From positions 224,001 to 288,000 of the forward strand of contig CAWHXD010000008.1 in assembly GCA_963833225.1 (NCBI GenBank): DNA of 64,000 nt, in the 5' to 3' direction. The translations under genes were made by a program, and so were the position numbers. Shown here one piece after another: positions 1-9,961 of this stretch (the first letter of the stretch is position 1; every line of letters begins with the position of its first letter). The DNA comes from an uncultured Chloroflexia bacterium (lineage in GTDB: Bacteria; Chloroflexota; Limnocylindria; Limnocylindrales; CSP1-4). The notes below the pieces were generated by a model. It did no database searches. It saw nothing but the letters and a program-made list of their open reading frames with translations, and was not told where the DNA came from.

Positions 1-533
1 ACCGGGCGGTCGTCGTGTCCGTGACCCGGGTCGAGCCGTTGCCCGCACTCGGTGCACAGTCCCGGGCAGCCTGGCTCGCACAGGGGTGCGATCGGCTCCT
101 GGAGGCTGATCGCCTCCGCGACAAGCGGGCGCAGCTCAAGCTCGTGGTGGTCCGTGAGGCGCGGCGCTTCGGGGTCAGCGTCCTCCTCGAGCGGCACCGG
201 CATGCCGCTGGCGAAATCGATGGATGGCAGCACCTCCTCGTCGATCCGCATCGTCACGGGCGTCACCAGCGACCGCAGGCAGCGGGCGCACTCGCCGGCG
301 AGCGCCGCATGCAGCCTCGCTTCGACCACGAGGCCGCGGTTGGTGCGCGCCAGCCGCATCGTTCCACTGACGGGCTCGGCCAGCCGGAGGTCATCGCCCG
401 GGTCGACGTCGACCGGATCGATCACGTAGTCACGGACCGCGCCCGGAGCCTCGGCCATGAGGCCCGACACGGCAAAGACCAGCGGATCCCCGTGGGCGTC
501 CACGGGGTAGCGGTGTGACGGGGCGTCGGTCAT
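1..533 (-). CDS. DUF177/YceD family protein (3' end runs off the window)
   Basis: Manual minus-strand translation MTDAPSH...GECARCL...PLCEPGCPGLCTECGQRL shows the YceD CxxC motifs. The ATG overlaps the upstream stop (ATGA). Absent from the ORF track because it is truncated. Confidence 0.85.
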   Translation of the reverse strand, partial: MTDAPSHRYPVDAHGDPLVFAVSGLMAEAPGAVRDYVIDPVDVDPGDDLRLAEPVSGTMRLARTNRGLVVEARLHAALAGECARCLRSLVTPVTMRIDEEVLPSIDFASGMPVPLEEDADPEAPRLTDHHELELRPLVAEAISLQEPIAPLCEPGCPGLCTECGQRLDPGHGHDDRP

Positions 534-1099
534 CGACGACCGACCGTCTCGGCTCCTTCTTCCGCGTCCCGGTCCTGGTCGTACGGCTCGACCGGTGCGT
601 ATTCCGGTTCGATGTCCTCGACGGGCTGTGGCGCCTGTGCACTCGCATAGGCGACCCGACGCTCCTCGAGCATGGCGAGGCCCCGCTCGATCCCGCTCAA
701 GGTGCGGCTGATCTCCGCCTCGAGGCTGCCGAGGACGCCCGCGGCGTACTCGTCTGCGCCGTGGCGGATCAGGCTCGCGTCGTCCTCCGCCTCCGCGAGG
801 ATCCGGCGTGACTCGTCCTCGGCCGCATCGGTCAGGCCGCGCTCGCCGATGAGGTACGCCGCCTGCTCCTGGGCACGGGCGACGATGTGCTCAGCCTCCT
901 GCTGCGCCTTCTCGATGATGCGCTCGCCTTCCTGGTTGATCCGCTTGGCGGCGCGCACCTCCTCGGGCACGGCAACGCGCAGCTCGTCGATCAGGTTGAG
1001 GGCGGCGTCGCGATCCACGATCGCGTTGTGCGTCATCGGCAGGCTCTTGCCGTTCGCGATCAGCGATTCGAGTCGCTCGACGAGAAAGATGATGTCCAG
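530..1099 (-). CDS. Coiled-coil protein (DivIVA-like/ATP synthase b-like) of the type found between coaD and yceD
   Basis: DIIFLVERLESLI...PEEVRAAKRI...IEKAQQEAEHIVARAQ. Probable CTG start at 1099 after a GGGGAG SD. Confidence 0.75.
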   Translation of the reverse strand: MDIIFLVERLESLIANGKSLPMTHNAIVDRDAALNLIDELRVAVPEEVRAAKRINQEGERIIEKAQQEAEHIVARAQEQAAYLIGERGLTDAAEDESRRILAEAEDDASLIRHGADEYAAGVLGSLEAEISRTLSGIERGLAMLEERRVAYASAQAPQPVEDIEPEYAPVEPYDQDRDAEEGAETVGRR

Positions 1100-1427
1100 C
1101 GGACGTCTCCCCTGGGCTCGGCGCACCCCGGCGGGGCGTTCCGTGGATTATGGCACGGCGGGCGGAGTGATCCCGGGCGTCCGGCGCGCCGGTGTCCGGT
1201 GAGCCGGCGTTTCGTGCGATCCCCGCCGGGTGTCCAGTCGGCCGAAGCCCAGATATCGGCCCTGGCCGCTATAGCGACGGCCCCCGGACGGTGGGCATCG
1301 ATAACATCAGCGGGGACTGTTGTCCGGCATTGAAATCGGGGGCGCGGCCGTTGCTGGAGCGGTGGAGACTGATGTCTGGTGCAGACATTCGCGTCTCGCC
1401 GCGACGTGCCGCCTCGCGCGCCACGGT

Positions 1428-1934
1428 CTAGGCCGGCGGCTTCTCCGTGGGCAGCGCCTGCCTGAGGGCTGCGGCCGCGGCCTCGGGGACCATCGCCGAC
1501 ACGTCACCGCCAAAGGCCGCGATCTCCTTGACCAGGCTGGAGCTGATGTAGCCATGCGGCAGGCTGGTCATGAAGAACACGGTGTCCACGTCGGGGGCGA
1601 GCTGGTGGTTGTTGTGCGCCAGCTGCAGCTCCGTGTCGAAGTCGCCGATCGCGCGCAGCCCGCGGACGAGGAACCCGGCACCCACCCGATGGCAGAAGTC
1701 CACCGTCAGCCCGTCGAACGTCGCGACCTCCACGTGGGCGGGGACGTCAGGGGCGGCCGCGAGCGAATCACGGATCACCGCGACCCGAACGTCGGCGCGC
1801 AGCAGCGGCGTCTTGCGCGGATTGACCAGGACCGCGACCACGACCCGATCGAACACGCGGCCGGCCCGGCTGATCACGTCGAGGTGGCCGTTGGTGATCG
1901 GGTCGAACGTCCCCGGGTAGACCGCCGTCTTCAC
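1428..1934 (-). CDS. coaD: Phosphopantetheine adenylyltransferase
   Basis: AVYPGTFDPITNGHLD, VRGLR and ISSSLVKE motifs. Confidence 0.97.
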   Translation of the reverse strand: MKTAVYPGTFDPITNGHLDVISRAGRVFDRVVVAVLVNPRKTPLLRADVRVAVIRDSLAAAPDVPAHVEVATFDGLTVDFCHRVGAGFLVRGLRAIGDFDTELQLAHNNHQLAPDVDTVFFMTSLPHGYISSSLVKEIAAFGGDVSAMVPEAAAAALRQALPTEKPPA

Positions 1935-2542
1935 GCCTCGCCCGTCTCCTCGTCCGTGGTGTCGCCGGCCGTCCCCGTGCGCCGGTAGAAGGTCAGCGCG
2001 GTCTCGCCAAATCGCCGCTCACGCTCCGATGCTAGCAGCCCGATCACGGGCGGCGGCGCGTCCCGCCAGAAGTGCTTGGCCACCACGATGCCGCCCTCGC
2101 GGACGACCGCGCCGACGCCATCGAGCACGCGCACGAGCGCGACGGTGTCCGCGTACGGGGGGTCGATGATCACCAGGTCATACCGGGGACCGGTCGCCAC
2201 GGCGTCACGCGCCGCGTCCCCGAGCCAGGTCAGCACATCGCGCCGGATGACCGCGGCTCCGGGTTCCAGTCCGGCCCGGCGCAGGTTCTCGGCAATGACC
2301 CGCAGTGCTCCGTGATCCCGCTCGACGAAGACCGCCGTCGAAGCGCCCCGCGAGAGCGCCTCGATCCCGGCCGCCCCGCTACCCGCGAACAGGTCGAGCA
2401 CGGCAGCCCCGTCAAGGTTCGGCTCCAGGATGCCGAACAGCGTCTGCTTCACCCGGTCGGTGAGCGGGCGGGTTCCTGGTCCCGGCGCGGCGAGACGAAC
2501 ACCACGGGCGGTTCCGGCGATCACGCGACCAGCCTCGGGCAT
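1931..2542 (-). CDS. rsmD: 16S rRNA m2G966 methyltransferase
   Basis: RVIAGTARG, TRPLTDRVK, LDLFAGSG, DPPY. Confidence 0.95.
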   Translation of the reverse strand: MPEAGRVIAGTARGVRLAAPGPGTRPLTDRVKQTLFGILEPNLDGAAVLDLFAGSGAAGIEALSRGASTAVFVERDHGALRVIAENLRRAGLEPGAAVIRRDVLTWLGDAARDAVATGPRYDLVIIDPPYADTVALVRVLDGVGAVVREGGIVVAKHFWRDAPPPVIGLLASERERRFGETALTFYRRTGTAGDTTDEETGEA

Positions 2543-2543
2543 G

Positions 2544-4832
2544 TCAGGCGGCGCTCGCCGGGTCGCCGTCGTGGACGCGCCGCAGCCAGCCATCTGCCAG
2601 CTCCCGCTCGAGCTCGGGCTCGTCGACGATCGCCCCGCGATCGTCCAGCAGCTGCTCGGCCCAGCCACGGGCATGCGTCGCCAGCTCGCGATGCTCGAGG
2701 CTCGCCAGGGTCGCGACGCGGAGGCGGGGAAGGCCGCTCTGGGCGAGGCCCAGCACGTCACCCTCCCGGCGGAGCTCGAAGTCCCGCTCGGCAAGCTCGA
2801 ACCCGTCGGTAGTGGCCGCGACCGCGCGGAGGCGCTCGTGCTCGGTGGTCCCCTCGACGGCCTCACTGACGAGCACGCAGAACGAGGCGTCGGTTCCGCG
2901 GCCCACGCGTCCCCGCAGCTGGTGGAGCTGCGCGAGCCCGAAGCGCTCCGCCCCCTCGACGATCATCAGCGTGGCCTCCGGCACGTCCACGCCGACCTCG
3001 ACCACGGTCGTGCCGACCAGGACGTCGAGGTCGCCGTCGCGGAACCTCGCCATCTCGGCATCCCGTTCAGCGGCCTTCAGGCGGCCATGCACGAGGCCGA
3101 CGCGGAGGGGCGCCAGCAACCCTGTGAGGCGCTCGAACTCGGCTTCGGCCGCCACCGCCCACGCGGTCTCGACATCCTCGTCGGGCAGCTCGTCGTCGCC
3201 GAGCCAGCCGGCGTCCTCGGCATCGCTGTCCCCCGCGTTCCCCGCCGCGGCGGCCGGGCCGATCCGGGGCACGACCACGAACGTCCGGTGGCCGGCCGCC
3301 GCCTCGTCGCGGACCCGCTGCCAGGTCCCGGCGAGGTCCTCGGGCCGGCGGATCCCGGTCCGGATCGCGAGACGGCCCTCGGGCGGCGTCCGGAGGGTGG
3401 AGACGTCGAGGTCCGCGTACAGCACCTGGCCCAGCGTGCGCGGGATGGGCGTCGCCGTCATCAGCAGCACGTGGGGAGCGCCGCGGGCCGCCTTGTCCTC
3501 GAGCGCGCCGCGCTGCTCCACGCCGAACCGGTGCTGCTCGTCCACCACGGCCAGCGCCAGGTCCGCGAATGCGACCGCCTCCTGGAGCAACGCGTGGGTG
3601 CCGACCACCACCTGCGCCTGGCCCGTGGTGAGCGCCTCGGACGCGTTCCGGCGGGCCAGCGCGGGCAGCGAGCCCGTGAGCAGGATCACCTCGATCCCGA
3701 GGGCCTCCAGCAGGCTGCCCAGCGTCTCGCGGTGCTGCCGGGCGAGAAGATCGGTGGGGGCCAGCAGCGCCGCCTGCCGCCCGTCGAGCGCCGCCGCGGC
3801 CAGCGCCCACGCCGCGACCGCGGTCTTGCCCGAGCCGACGTCGCCCTGGAGCAGGCGGAGCATCGGCGTCTCGCGCGCCAGGTCGTCGCGAACCTCGTCG
3901 ATGGTGCGGGACTGGTCCTCGGTGAGCGAGATCGGGTGTCCGAGCTTGCGCGAGATGGATCCTTCGAGGGCGGCTCGCATCCGCGCGTCGTTCGTCGGGC
4001 TCACGGGAACCGGCTCGGTGCGCGCCCGGCCACGGGCCCTCCGCCGGCCGACCATGCCCAGCTGCAGCGCGAGCAGCTCGTCGAAGGCCAGGCGCCGGAG
4101 GGCGGCGTCGCGCGCCTCGAAGGTGATCGGGTAGTGCGCGGCCTCGAGCGCCTCGCCGATTGCCGGCAGCGCCTCCTCCCCGCGGATCCGGTGCGGCAGG
4201 TACTCCGGGTAGGCATCGCCCGCGGCGTCCAGCGCCCGGCGCATGGCCGCGCGCAGGCGGTTCGCGGTGACGCCCGTCGTCAGCCGGTAGACCGGCACGA
4301 TCCGGCCGACGTGGAGCAGGTTCGACGCGTCGGCCGGCTGGAAGTCCGGCCCCTCGAACACGATGCCGCCCTGGCGGTGCTTGATGCGCCCCGAGACCAG
4401 GAGCTCATCGCCGGCGTGGACGCGCCGCTCCACGAAGCGGCGGCCGAACCAGGTGGCCGTGGCCGATCCCGTCTCGTCGACCACGTGGGCCGTGGTGACC
4501 TGGACGCGCCGCCGCCAGGTCTGCTGGACGCCGATCTCCAGGACCCGTACCCGGGCCGAGGCCACGGTCCCGTCATCGAGGTCGCGCAGGTCGCGAAGCC
4601 GGCGGAGCTCGCGGAGGTCATCGTAGCGGCGGGGCAGGTGGAACAGCAGGTCGCGGACCGTGTCCACACCGAGCCGCCGGGCCTGGCGGCGCAGCGACGA
4701 GACGCCCGTGATCCCCGACAGTCCGACCGGCGAGGCGAGGATCGCCGCCGGGTCCCGGGGCGCCACGACGGCCACCTCGGGACGGAGCGAGCGGCTTCCC
4801 TGCGCCGGTGCCCGGCGCCTGCGATCGCTCAC
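2544..4832 (-). CDS. recG: ATP-dependent DNA helicase RecG
   Basis: RLLQGDVGSGKT, DEQHRFGV, MTATPIPRT, QLHQLRGRVGRG. Confidence 0.97.
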   Translation of the reverse strand: MSDRRRRAPAQGSRSLRPEVAVVAPRDPAAILASPVGLSGITGVSSLRRQARRLGVDTVRDLLFHLPRRYDDLRELRRLRDLRDLDDGTVASARVRVLEIGVQQTWRRRVQVTTAHVVDETGSATATWFGRRFVERRVHAGDELLVSGRIKHRQGGIVFEGPDFQPADASNLLHVGRIVPVYRLTTGVTANRLRAAMRRALDAAGDAYPEYLPHRIRGEEALPAIGEALEAAHYPITFEARDAALRRLAFDELLALQLGMVGRRRARGRARTEPVPVSPTNDARMRAALEGSISRKLGHPISLTEDQSRTIDEVRDDLARETPMLRLLQGDVGSGKTAVAAWALAAAALDGRQAALLAPTDLLARQHRETLGSLLEALGIEVILLTGSLPALARRNASEALTTGQAQVVVGTHALLQEAVAFADLALAVVDEQHRFGVEQRGALEDKAARGAPHVLLMTATPIPRTLGQVLYADLDVSTLRTPPEGRLAIRTGIRRPEDLAGTWQRVRDEAAAGHRTFVVVPRIGPAAAAGNAGDSDAEDAGWLGDDELPDEDVETAWAVAAEAEFERLTGLLAPLRVGLVHGRLKAAERDAEMARFRDGDLDVLVGTTVVEVGVDVPEATLMIVEGAERFGLAQLHQLRGRVGRGTDASFCVLVSEAVEGTTEHERLRAVAATTDGFELAERDFELRREGDVLGLAQSGLPRLRVATLASLEHRELATHARGWAEQLLDDRGAIVDEPELERELADGWLRRVHDGDPASAA

Positions 4833-6586
4833 TCGGCCGAGATCAGGTACCGGTAGTGGGGCTGTCCGCCGTGGTACAGCTCCACGTCCTCGAGACCCGG
4901 CGCCGCGGCGCTGATCCGGGCGGCGAGCTGCTCGGCGGCGTCGAGCGTCGCGTCCTCGCCGTAGTAGATGGTCACCACGCCGAAGCCGGGCGCAAGACGG
5001 GCGAACGCGGCGAGGACGGCCTTCTCGGCATCGTTGTCCACGGCCAGCAGCCCATCGTCGGGGTCAAGGACGATCGTCTGGCCCTTGCGCACCTTGTGGC
5101 CGGACACGGTCGCGTCCCGGACGGCCTCGGTCACCTGCATCGTCTGCAGCCCGCGGCCGGCGTCGGTCATCGTCGCCGCGTTCTGCTCGGCCGGGAGGGA
5201 CGGGTCCAGCTCGAACAGGGCCGCGATCCCCTCGGCGACATTGCGGGTGGGCACGACGTGGACCGGCCGGCTGGTCATCGACATGACCTGGCGCGCCGCC
5301 AGCACGACATTGGGGTTGTTGGGCAGGATCAGCAGCGCATCGGCCTGGGTGGCCTCCACCGCCTCCAGCAGCTCCCCGGTGGACGGGTTGGCGGTCTGGC
5401 CTCCGCGGACGATCCGGAACGCTCCGTACTCACGGAACGGTGCAGCCGTGTCGGTGAGCACCGCCGCGAGCCCGTCCGAGGGCGCGACGGCCACCACCCC
5501 GAGCGGCAGCCGCGTGGCGGGGTCCGCGTCATGGCCGGCATCCGCCGCGGTCGCACCGGCCTCGGCGACCGCCGTGGCGGCGGTCACCGCCCGCGACGGC
5601 ACACCGCCGACCACGCCCACGAACTCGGCGGCCCTGGCCTCCCGGACGTCGTAGGCCTGGCCGTCGAGGTTCTCGACGGTGATCCGCGACAGCGCGCCCA
5701 GCGACAGGCCGTAGCTGATGACCAGGTCGGGCCGCTCGTTGTGGACGTGGATCTTGGCCATCAGCACGTCGCCGGCGACCAGCACCGACTCGCCGATCGT
5801 CTCCAGGTGCGCCTGGATCGCGTAGGTGTCGAGCGGGGTGCCCGTTCGAGCCCGGAGGAGGAAGACCGTCTCGTAGCCGAACTCGGTGGCATCGACGGGG
5901 GCGGTCGCGGCCTCACGGCGCGGTCCGCCGGCAACCGCCACGACCGGCTCCGCCGTGTCGGCCGGCCGGCCGCGTGCGGCCTCCAGCGCGCCCTGGAACA
6001 GCCGGAGCAGGCCCTGGCCGCCCGAGTCCACCACGTGGGCCTCGCGCAGGATCGGCAGCAGCGATGGCGTCTTGGCGACGGCCCGCTCGGCCGCCTCGAC
6101 GGTCGCCGCGAGGACCATCTCGACGTTGTTGTCACGCTCGGCGGCGACCACGGCGGCAGCGGCGGCCTCGCGGATGACCGTCAGGATCGTGCCCTCCACC
6201 GGCTTGGCCACCGCCTTGTAGGCGGTCTTGGCGCCGAGGTCCAGGGCATGGGCGAGGTCGAGGCCGTTGAACCGGCGCTTGCCCGCCATGCCGGTCTCCA
6301 TCCCCTTGAGGATCTGGCTGGCGATGACGCCGGAGTTGCCGCGCGCACCCATCAGGGCGCCGAAGGAGGCGGCCTGGGCGACCACGCCGGCCTCGGCGCC
6401 GCGCCCGGCTCGCTCCGCCTCGTCGAGCGCGGCCATCATCGTGGCCAGCATGTTCGTCCCCGTGTCACCGTCGGGGACCGGGAAGACGTTGAGGGCGTTG
6501 ATCTCGTCGACGTTCGCCTCGAGACGGGCGACGGCGCTCCGGAACGCGGCCAGGAATCCGGCGCCGTCGCAGGACCGGCGGGGCAT
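4829..6586 (-). CDS. fakA: DAK2-domain fatty acid kinase subunit (YloV/FakA family)
   Basis: INALNVFPVPDGDTGTNM, GARGNSGVI, GGQTANPS, GGQPHY. Confidence 0.9.
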   Translation of the reverse strand: MPRRSCDGAGFLAAFRSAVARLEANVDEINALNVFPVPDGDTGTNMLATMMAALDEAERAGRGAEAGVVAQAASFGALMGARGNSGVIASQILKGMETGMAGKRRFNGLDLAHALDLGAKTAYKAVAKPVEGTILTVIREAAAAAVVAAERDNNVEMVLAATVEAAERAVAKTPSLLPILREAHVVDSGGQGLLRLFQGALEAARGRPADTAEPVVAVAGGPRREAATAPVDATEFGYETVFLLRARTGTPLDTYAIQAHLETIGESVLVAGDVLMAKIHVHNERPDLVISYGLSLGALSRITVENLDGQAYDVREARAAEFVGVVGGVPSRAVTAATAVAEAGATAADAGHDADPATRLPLGVVAVAPSDGLAAVLTDTAAPFREYGAFRIVRGGQTANPSTGELLEAVEATQADALLILPNNPNVVLAARQVMSMTSRPVHVVPTRNVAEGIAALFELDPSLPAEQNAATMTDAGRGLQTMQVTEAVRDATVSGHKVRKGQTIVLDPDDGLLAVDNDAEKAVLAAFARLAPGFGVVTIYYGEDATLDAAEQLAARISAAAPGLEDVELYHGGQPHYRYLISAE

Positions 6587-7059
6587 CAGGCGACGTCCGT
6601 CCCGCTCGCGGCGAGGTCCGATGTGCCGGGCTCGGTCGAGGCAGGGTCCGCGGCCGGTGGGATGCCGTGTTGGTGGACCAGGCGACCGATGCGGATCGAT
6701 ACCCTGTCCGGCTCGCGACCGAGTGCGTGCCTCAGCGTGTAGCGCACCGATGACTCGAGCTGGCGCGCCACCTCCGCGATGGGAAGCCCGTAGGCGACCG
6801 TGAGGCGCAGGTCGACGACGAGCTCCGGCTCGATCTCCAGGTGGATGCCCGGATGCGCGAGGCCGAGCCGCGCGAGCACGCGGCCCAGCGGCCCGCCACC
6901 GGCAAAGCCGGTCACGCCGTAGACCGCCAGGACGGAGGTCCGGACCAGGTCGCGGATCGCCCGCTTGGTGACGAGGGAGCGGCCGGGCAGGGGTTCGGTC
7001 ACGCTGGCGACGTCCTCCTCACGGTCCCGGCCCGCGGGTCGCGGGTCGCGGCTGGGCAC
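6586..7059 (-). CDS. Asp23/Gls24 family protein (YloU-like)
   Basis: VYGVTGFA...VDLRLTVAYGLPIAEVA; conserved rpmB/yloU/yloV/recG context. Start uncertain. Confidence 0.85.
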   Translation of the reverse strand: MPSRDPRPAGRDREEDVASVTEPLPGRSLVTKRAIRDLVRTSVLAVYGVTGFAGGGPLGRVLARLGLAHPGIHLEIEPELVVDLRLTVAYGLPIAEVARQLESSVRYTLRHALGREPDRVSIRIGRLVHQHGIPPAADPASTEPGTSDLAASGTDVA

Positions 7060-7162
7060 CTCCGGGGGCCGCCGAAGGCTGTGCTACGATACCACCCCGT
7101 TCGCACCGGCCAGCCGGCGCGTGCACGTCTTCCGGCCCCCATCAAAGGATCAACCAACGACC

Positions 7163-7363
7163 ATGGCTCGTGCTTGCGCCATCTGCGGCAAGGCTTCCAT
7201 GGGCGGGTTCAACCCCCAGTCCTCGGGGATGAACCGCGTCCGGGCTCACCGCCGCTATCAGCCGAACCTCCAGGTCACGACGCTGACCGGCAAGAACGGC
7301 GGCCCCGAGAAGGTGCTCGCCTGCACCCGGTGCCGTCGGACCCTGACCAAGAGCGCCCGCTAG
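7163..7363 (+). CDS. rpmB: 50S ribosomal protein L28 (Zn-binding CxxC type)
   Basis: MARACAICGK...YQPNLQ...CTRCRRT; AAGGA SD; divergent from yloU. Confidence 0.92.
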   Translation: MARACAICGKASMGGFNPQSSGMNRVRAHRRYQPNLQVTTLTGKNGGPEKVLACTRCRRTLTKSAR

Positions 7364-7471
7364 GCCCGTTTCCGGGTCGGGGCCAGAGCCGGTCGCCACG
7401 CGGCGGCCGGCTTTCGTGTGTCCGCCGCCGGGGCGCCCCGGTGATCCCGCCGGGTGCGAGCGTGCCGCCGG

Positions 7472-7933
7472 CTACGAGGTCCCGCCGCGGTCGGCCGTGT
7501 CCAGCCAGATCGTGAACGGGCCGTCGTTGACCAGCTCCACGTCCATCTCCGCGCCGAACTCCCCGAGCTCGATGCGCTTCACGCCCTGGACCTCCATGGA
7601 CGCGGCGACCCGCAGCCACAGGACCTTGGCCAGGGCCGGCGTTGCCGCGTCGGTGAACCCAGGCCGGCGCCCCCGCCGCGTGTCGGCGTAGAGGGTGAAC
7701 TGGGAGACGACCAGTGCCTCACCGTCGACATCGAGCAGCGAGCGGTTCGTTCGCCCCTCGTCGTCCTCGAAGATGCGCAGCTCGCAGATCCGCCGCGCCA
7801 GCCAGTCCGCCGTCGCCTCGTCGTCGCCGTGGCCGACGCCCACGAACACCAGCAACCCGGGCCCGATGGACCCCGTGACCCGCTCCCCCACCCGGACCTC
7901 GGCGCGGGAGACCCGCTGCAGGAGCGCGCGCAC
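7472..7933 (-). CDS. dtd: D-aminoacyl-tRNA deacylase
   Basis: RALLQRV, VSQFTLYAD, GRRP, NDGPFT. Confidence 0.96.
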   Translation of the reverse strand: MRALLQRVSRAEVRVGERVTGSIGPGLLVFVGVGHGDDEATADWLARRICELRIFEDDEGRTNRSLLDVDGEALVVSQFTLYADTRRGRRPGFTDAATPALAKVLWLRVAASMEVQGVKRIELGEFGAEMDVELVNDGPFTIWLDTADRGGTS

Positions 7934-7944
7934 GCGGGTGGCGC

Positions 7945-8682
7945 CTACCGGTCCAGCGTCGCAGCCCGCGCCGCGTTCGCGATCGACCGGATCCGCTCCA
8001 CCTCGCCCGCCATGTCCTCCGCGCGGTAGAGCGCGGAGCCGGCCACGATGACATCCGTCCCGCCGCGTCCGATGACCTCGGCCGTCGTGGACCTGCCGCC
8101 GCCGTCGACCTGGACCTCGCTGGCGCCGTTCGGGTCCAGCCACGCGCGGGCTGCCAGGAGCTTGGCGTCGGCCACGTCCGCCATGAACGCCTGGCCGCCG
8201 AACCCCGGCTCGACCGTCATGACCAGCACGATGTCCAGCAGCTCCCGGTAGGCATCCAGGGCCGCCAGCGGCGTGCCGGGCTTGACCGACAGGCCGGCCG
8301 ACCGTCCGGCCCCGCGGATCCGCTCGAGCGCCGGACGAACCTGCGGCGCCTCGACCTCGACGTGGAGAGTGATCGAGTCGCAGCCGGCATCAAGGAACGG
8401 CTCGACCCAGCGCCCGGGCTCGCTGATCATGAGGTGGGCGTCGAACGGCAGCGCGGTCACCCGCCGCAGCGCGGCGATCATCGTCCAGCCGAAGGTGATG
8501 TTGGGGACGAAGTGGCCGTCCATGACATCGAGGTGGATCCGGTCGGCCCCCGCCTCCTCGGCCCGCCTGATCTCGTCGCCCAGCGCACCGAGGTCGCTGT
8601 CGAGGATGGAGGCGGCGACCAGCACCCCTGACGGGCGCCGGCTGCCGGGTCCGCCCGGGACCGGGGCGGCAGTGCCGCTCAT
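7945..8682 (-). CDS. rpe: Ribulose-phosphate 3-epimerase
   Basis: HLDVMDGHFVPNITFG, DAHLM, MTVEPGFGGQ, VDGG. Confidence 0.96.
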   Translation of the reverse strand: MSGTAAPVPGGPGSRRPSGVLVAASILDSDLGALGDEIRRAEEAGADRIHLDVMDGHFVPNITFGWTMIAALRRVTALPFDAHLMISEPGRWVEPFLDAGCDSITLHVEVEAPQVRPALERIRGAGRSAGLSVKPGTPLAALDAYRELLDIVLVMTVEPGFGGQAFMADVADAKLLAARAWLDPNGASEVQVDGGGRSTTAEVIGRGGTDVIVAGSALYRAEDMAGEVERIRSIANAARAATLDR

Positions 8683-9923
8683 CGCTCCCCCACCCCGGCC
8701 GGGACGGGCTCCGTGGACCGTTCGCCCCGCAGCGCAGCGGCGCTCTGCGCGACAAGCCGCTCGCGCCGGCGCTGGACGACGATCGGGGTTGGCTGATCGG
8801 CATGCTCGGCCGCCAGTTGCCCGCACGCGGCCCCGATCTCGGTGCCCCGGTTGAACCGGATGGTGGTCGCGATGCCGGCGGCCCGGAGGCGCTCCGCGAA
8901 GCCCTCCACGCGAGGGATCGGCGTGCCGGTCCAGGGCGTGTGGGCCACGGCATTCATCGGGATGAGGTTGACGTGGGCATGCTCGTGGCGAAGCAGGTCG
9001 GCCATCGCGTCCGCGTCGAGGTCGGTGTCGTTGATGCCGTCGATCATCGTCACCTCGTAGGTCACGCGCCGGCCCGTGACCTGCGCGTGCTCGCGGGCCG
9101 CGGCCACGACCTCTTCCACCGGCCAGCGCCGGTTGAGCGGGACGAGGACGTCGCGCAGCGCGTTGCGCGCGGCATGGAGCGAGATGGCCAGCGTGAACTG
9201 GGGACCGAGCGCGGTGAGGCGCCGGATCCCCGGTACCACCCCCGACGAGCTGACCGTGATGTGGCGCGCCCCGAGGCCGAACCGCTCCGGGTCGTTGAGC
9301 GCCTCGATCGACTCCAGCACCCGGTCCAGGTTGAGCAGCGGCTCGCCCATGCCCATGTACACGACGTTGGTCAGGTGCCGGCCGTCCGCGGCGAGGCGGC
9401 GCGCGGCGTGGCGGACCTGGTCCACGATCTCCGCGGTCTCGAGGTCGCGCTCCATCCCGAGCTCGCCCGTCGCGCAGAAGGGGCAGCCCACGGCACAGCC
9501 GGCCTGCGAGGAGATGCACAGGGTGTGCCGCTCGCGGGAATCGGGGCGTGCCGGGTAGTGCATCAGCACCGACTCCACCAGCAGCCCGTCGGACAGGCGG
9601 TGGACGGCCTTCTCGGTGAGGACGCCGTCGGTGAGGCGGATCTCCGACGCCTCGACCGTATCGAAGCGGAACGCCCCGGCGAGGTCGGCGCGCAGGGCCG
9701 GGGGCAGGGTGAGGATCTCGTCGAACGAGGCCTGCCGGCCGCGCCACGCCGCGTCGAGGACCTGGCGCGTCCGGTACCGCGGATGTCCACGCTCCGCGAA
9801 CCAGGCGGCCAGGGCATCGGGAGCCAGGCCGCCGATCCCCGGGCGCGGATCGCGGGGCCGGCTGGCGGAGGGGGCTGGCCGCAACCCGAAGAACGGGGTC
9901 ACGACCGGGGTGTCGTCGGTCAT
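8679..9923 (-). CDS. rlmN: Radical SAM RNA methyltransferase RlmN
   Basis: CISSQAGCAVGCPFCATG, MGMGEPLLN, AACGQL. Confidence 0.96.
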   Translation of the reverse strand: MTDDTPVVTPFFGLRPAPSASRPRDPRPGIGGLAPDALAAWFAERGHPRYRTRQVLDAAWRGRQASFDEILTLPPALRADLAGAFRFDTVEASEIRLTDGVLTEKAVHRLSDGLLVESVLMHYPARPDSRERHTLCISSQAGCAVGCPFCATGELGMERDLETAEIVDQVRHAARRLAADGRHLTNVVYMGMGEPLLNLDRVLESIEALNDPERFGLGARHITVSSSGVVPGIRRLTALGPQFTLAISLHAARNALRDVLVPLNRRWPVEEVVAAAREHAQVTGRRVTYEVTMIDGINDTDLDADAMADLLRHEHAHVNLIPMNAVAHTPWTGTPIPRVEGFAERLRAAGIATTIRFNRGTEIGAACGQLAAEHADQPTPIVVQRRRERLVAQSAAALRGERSTEPVPAGVGER

Positions 9924-9961
9924 CACCCCCGATGATGACACGCGTGGCTCGGTGACCGCCC

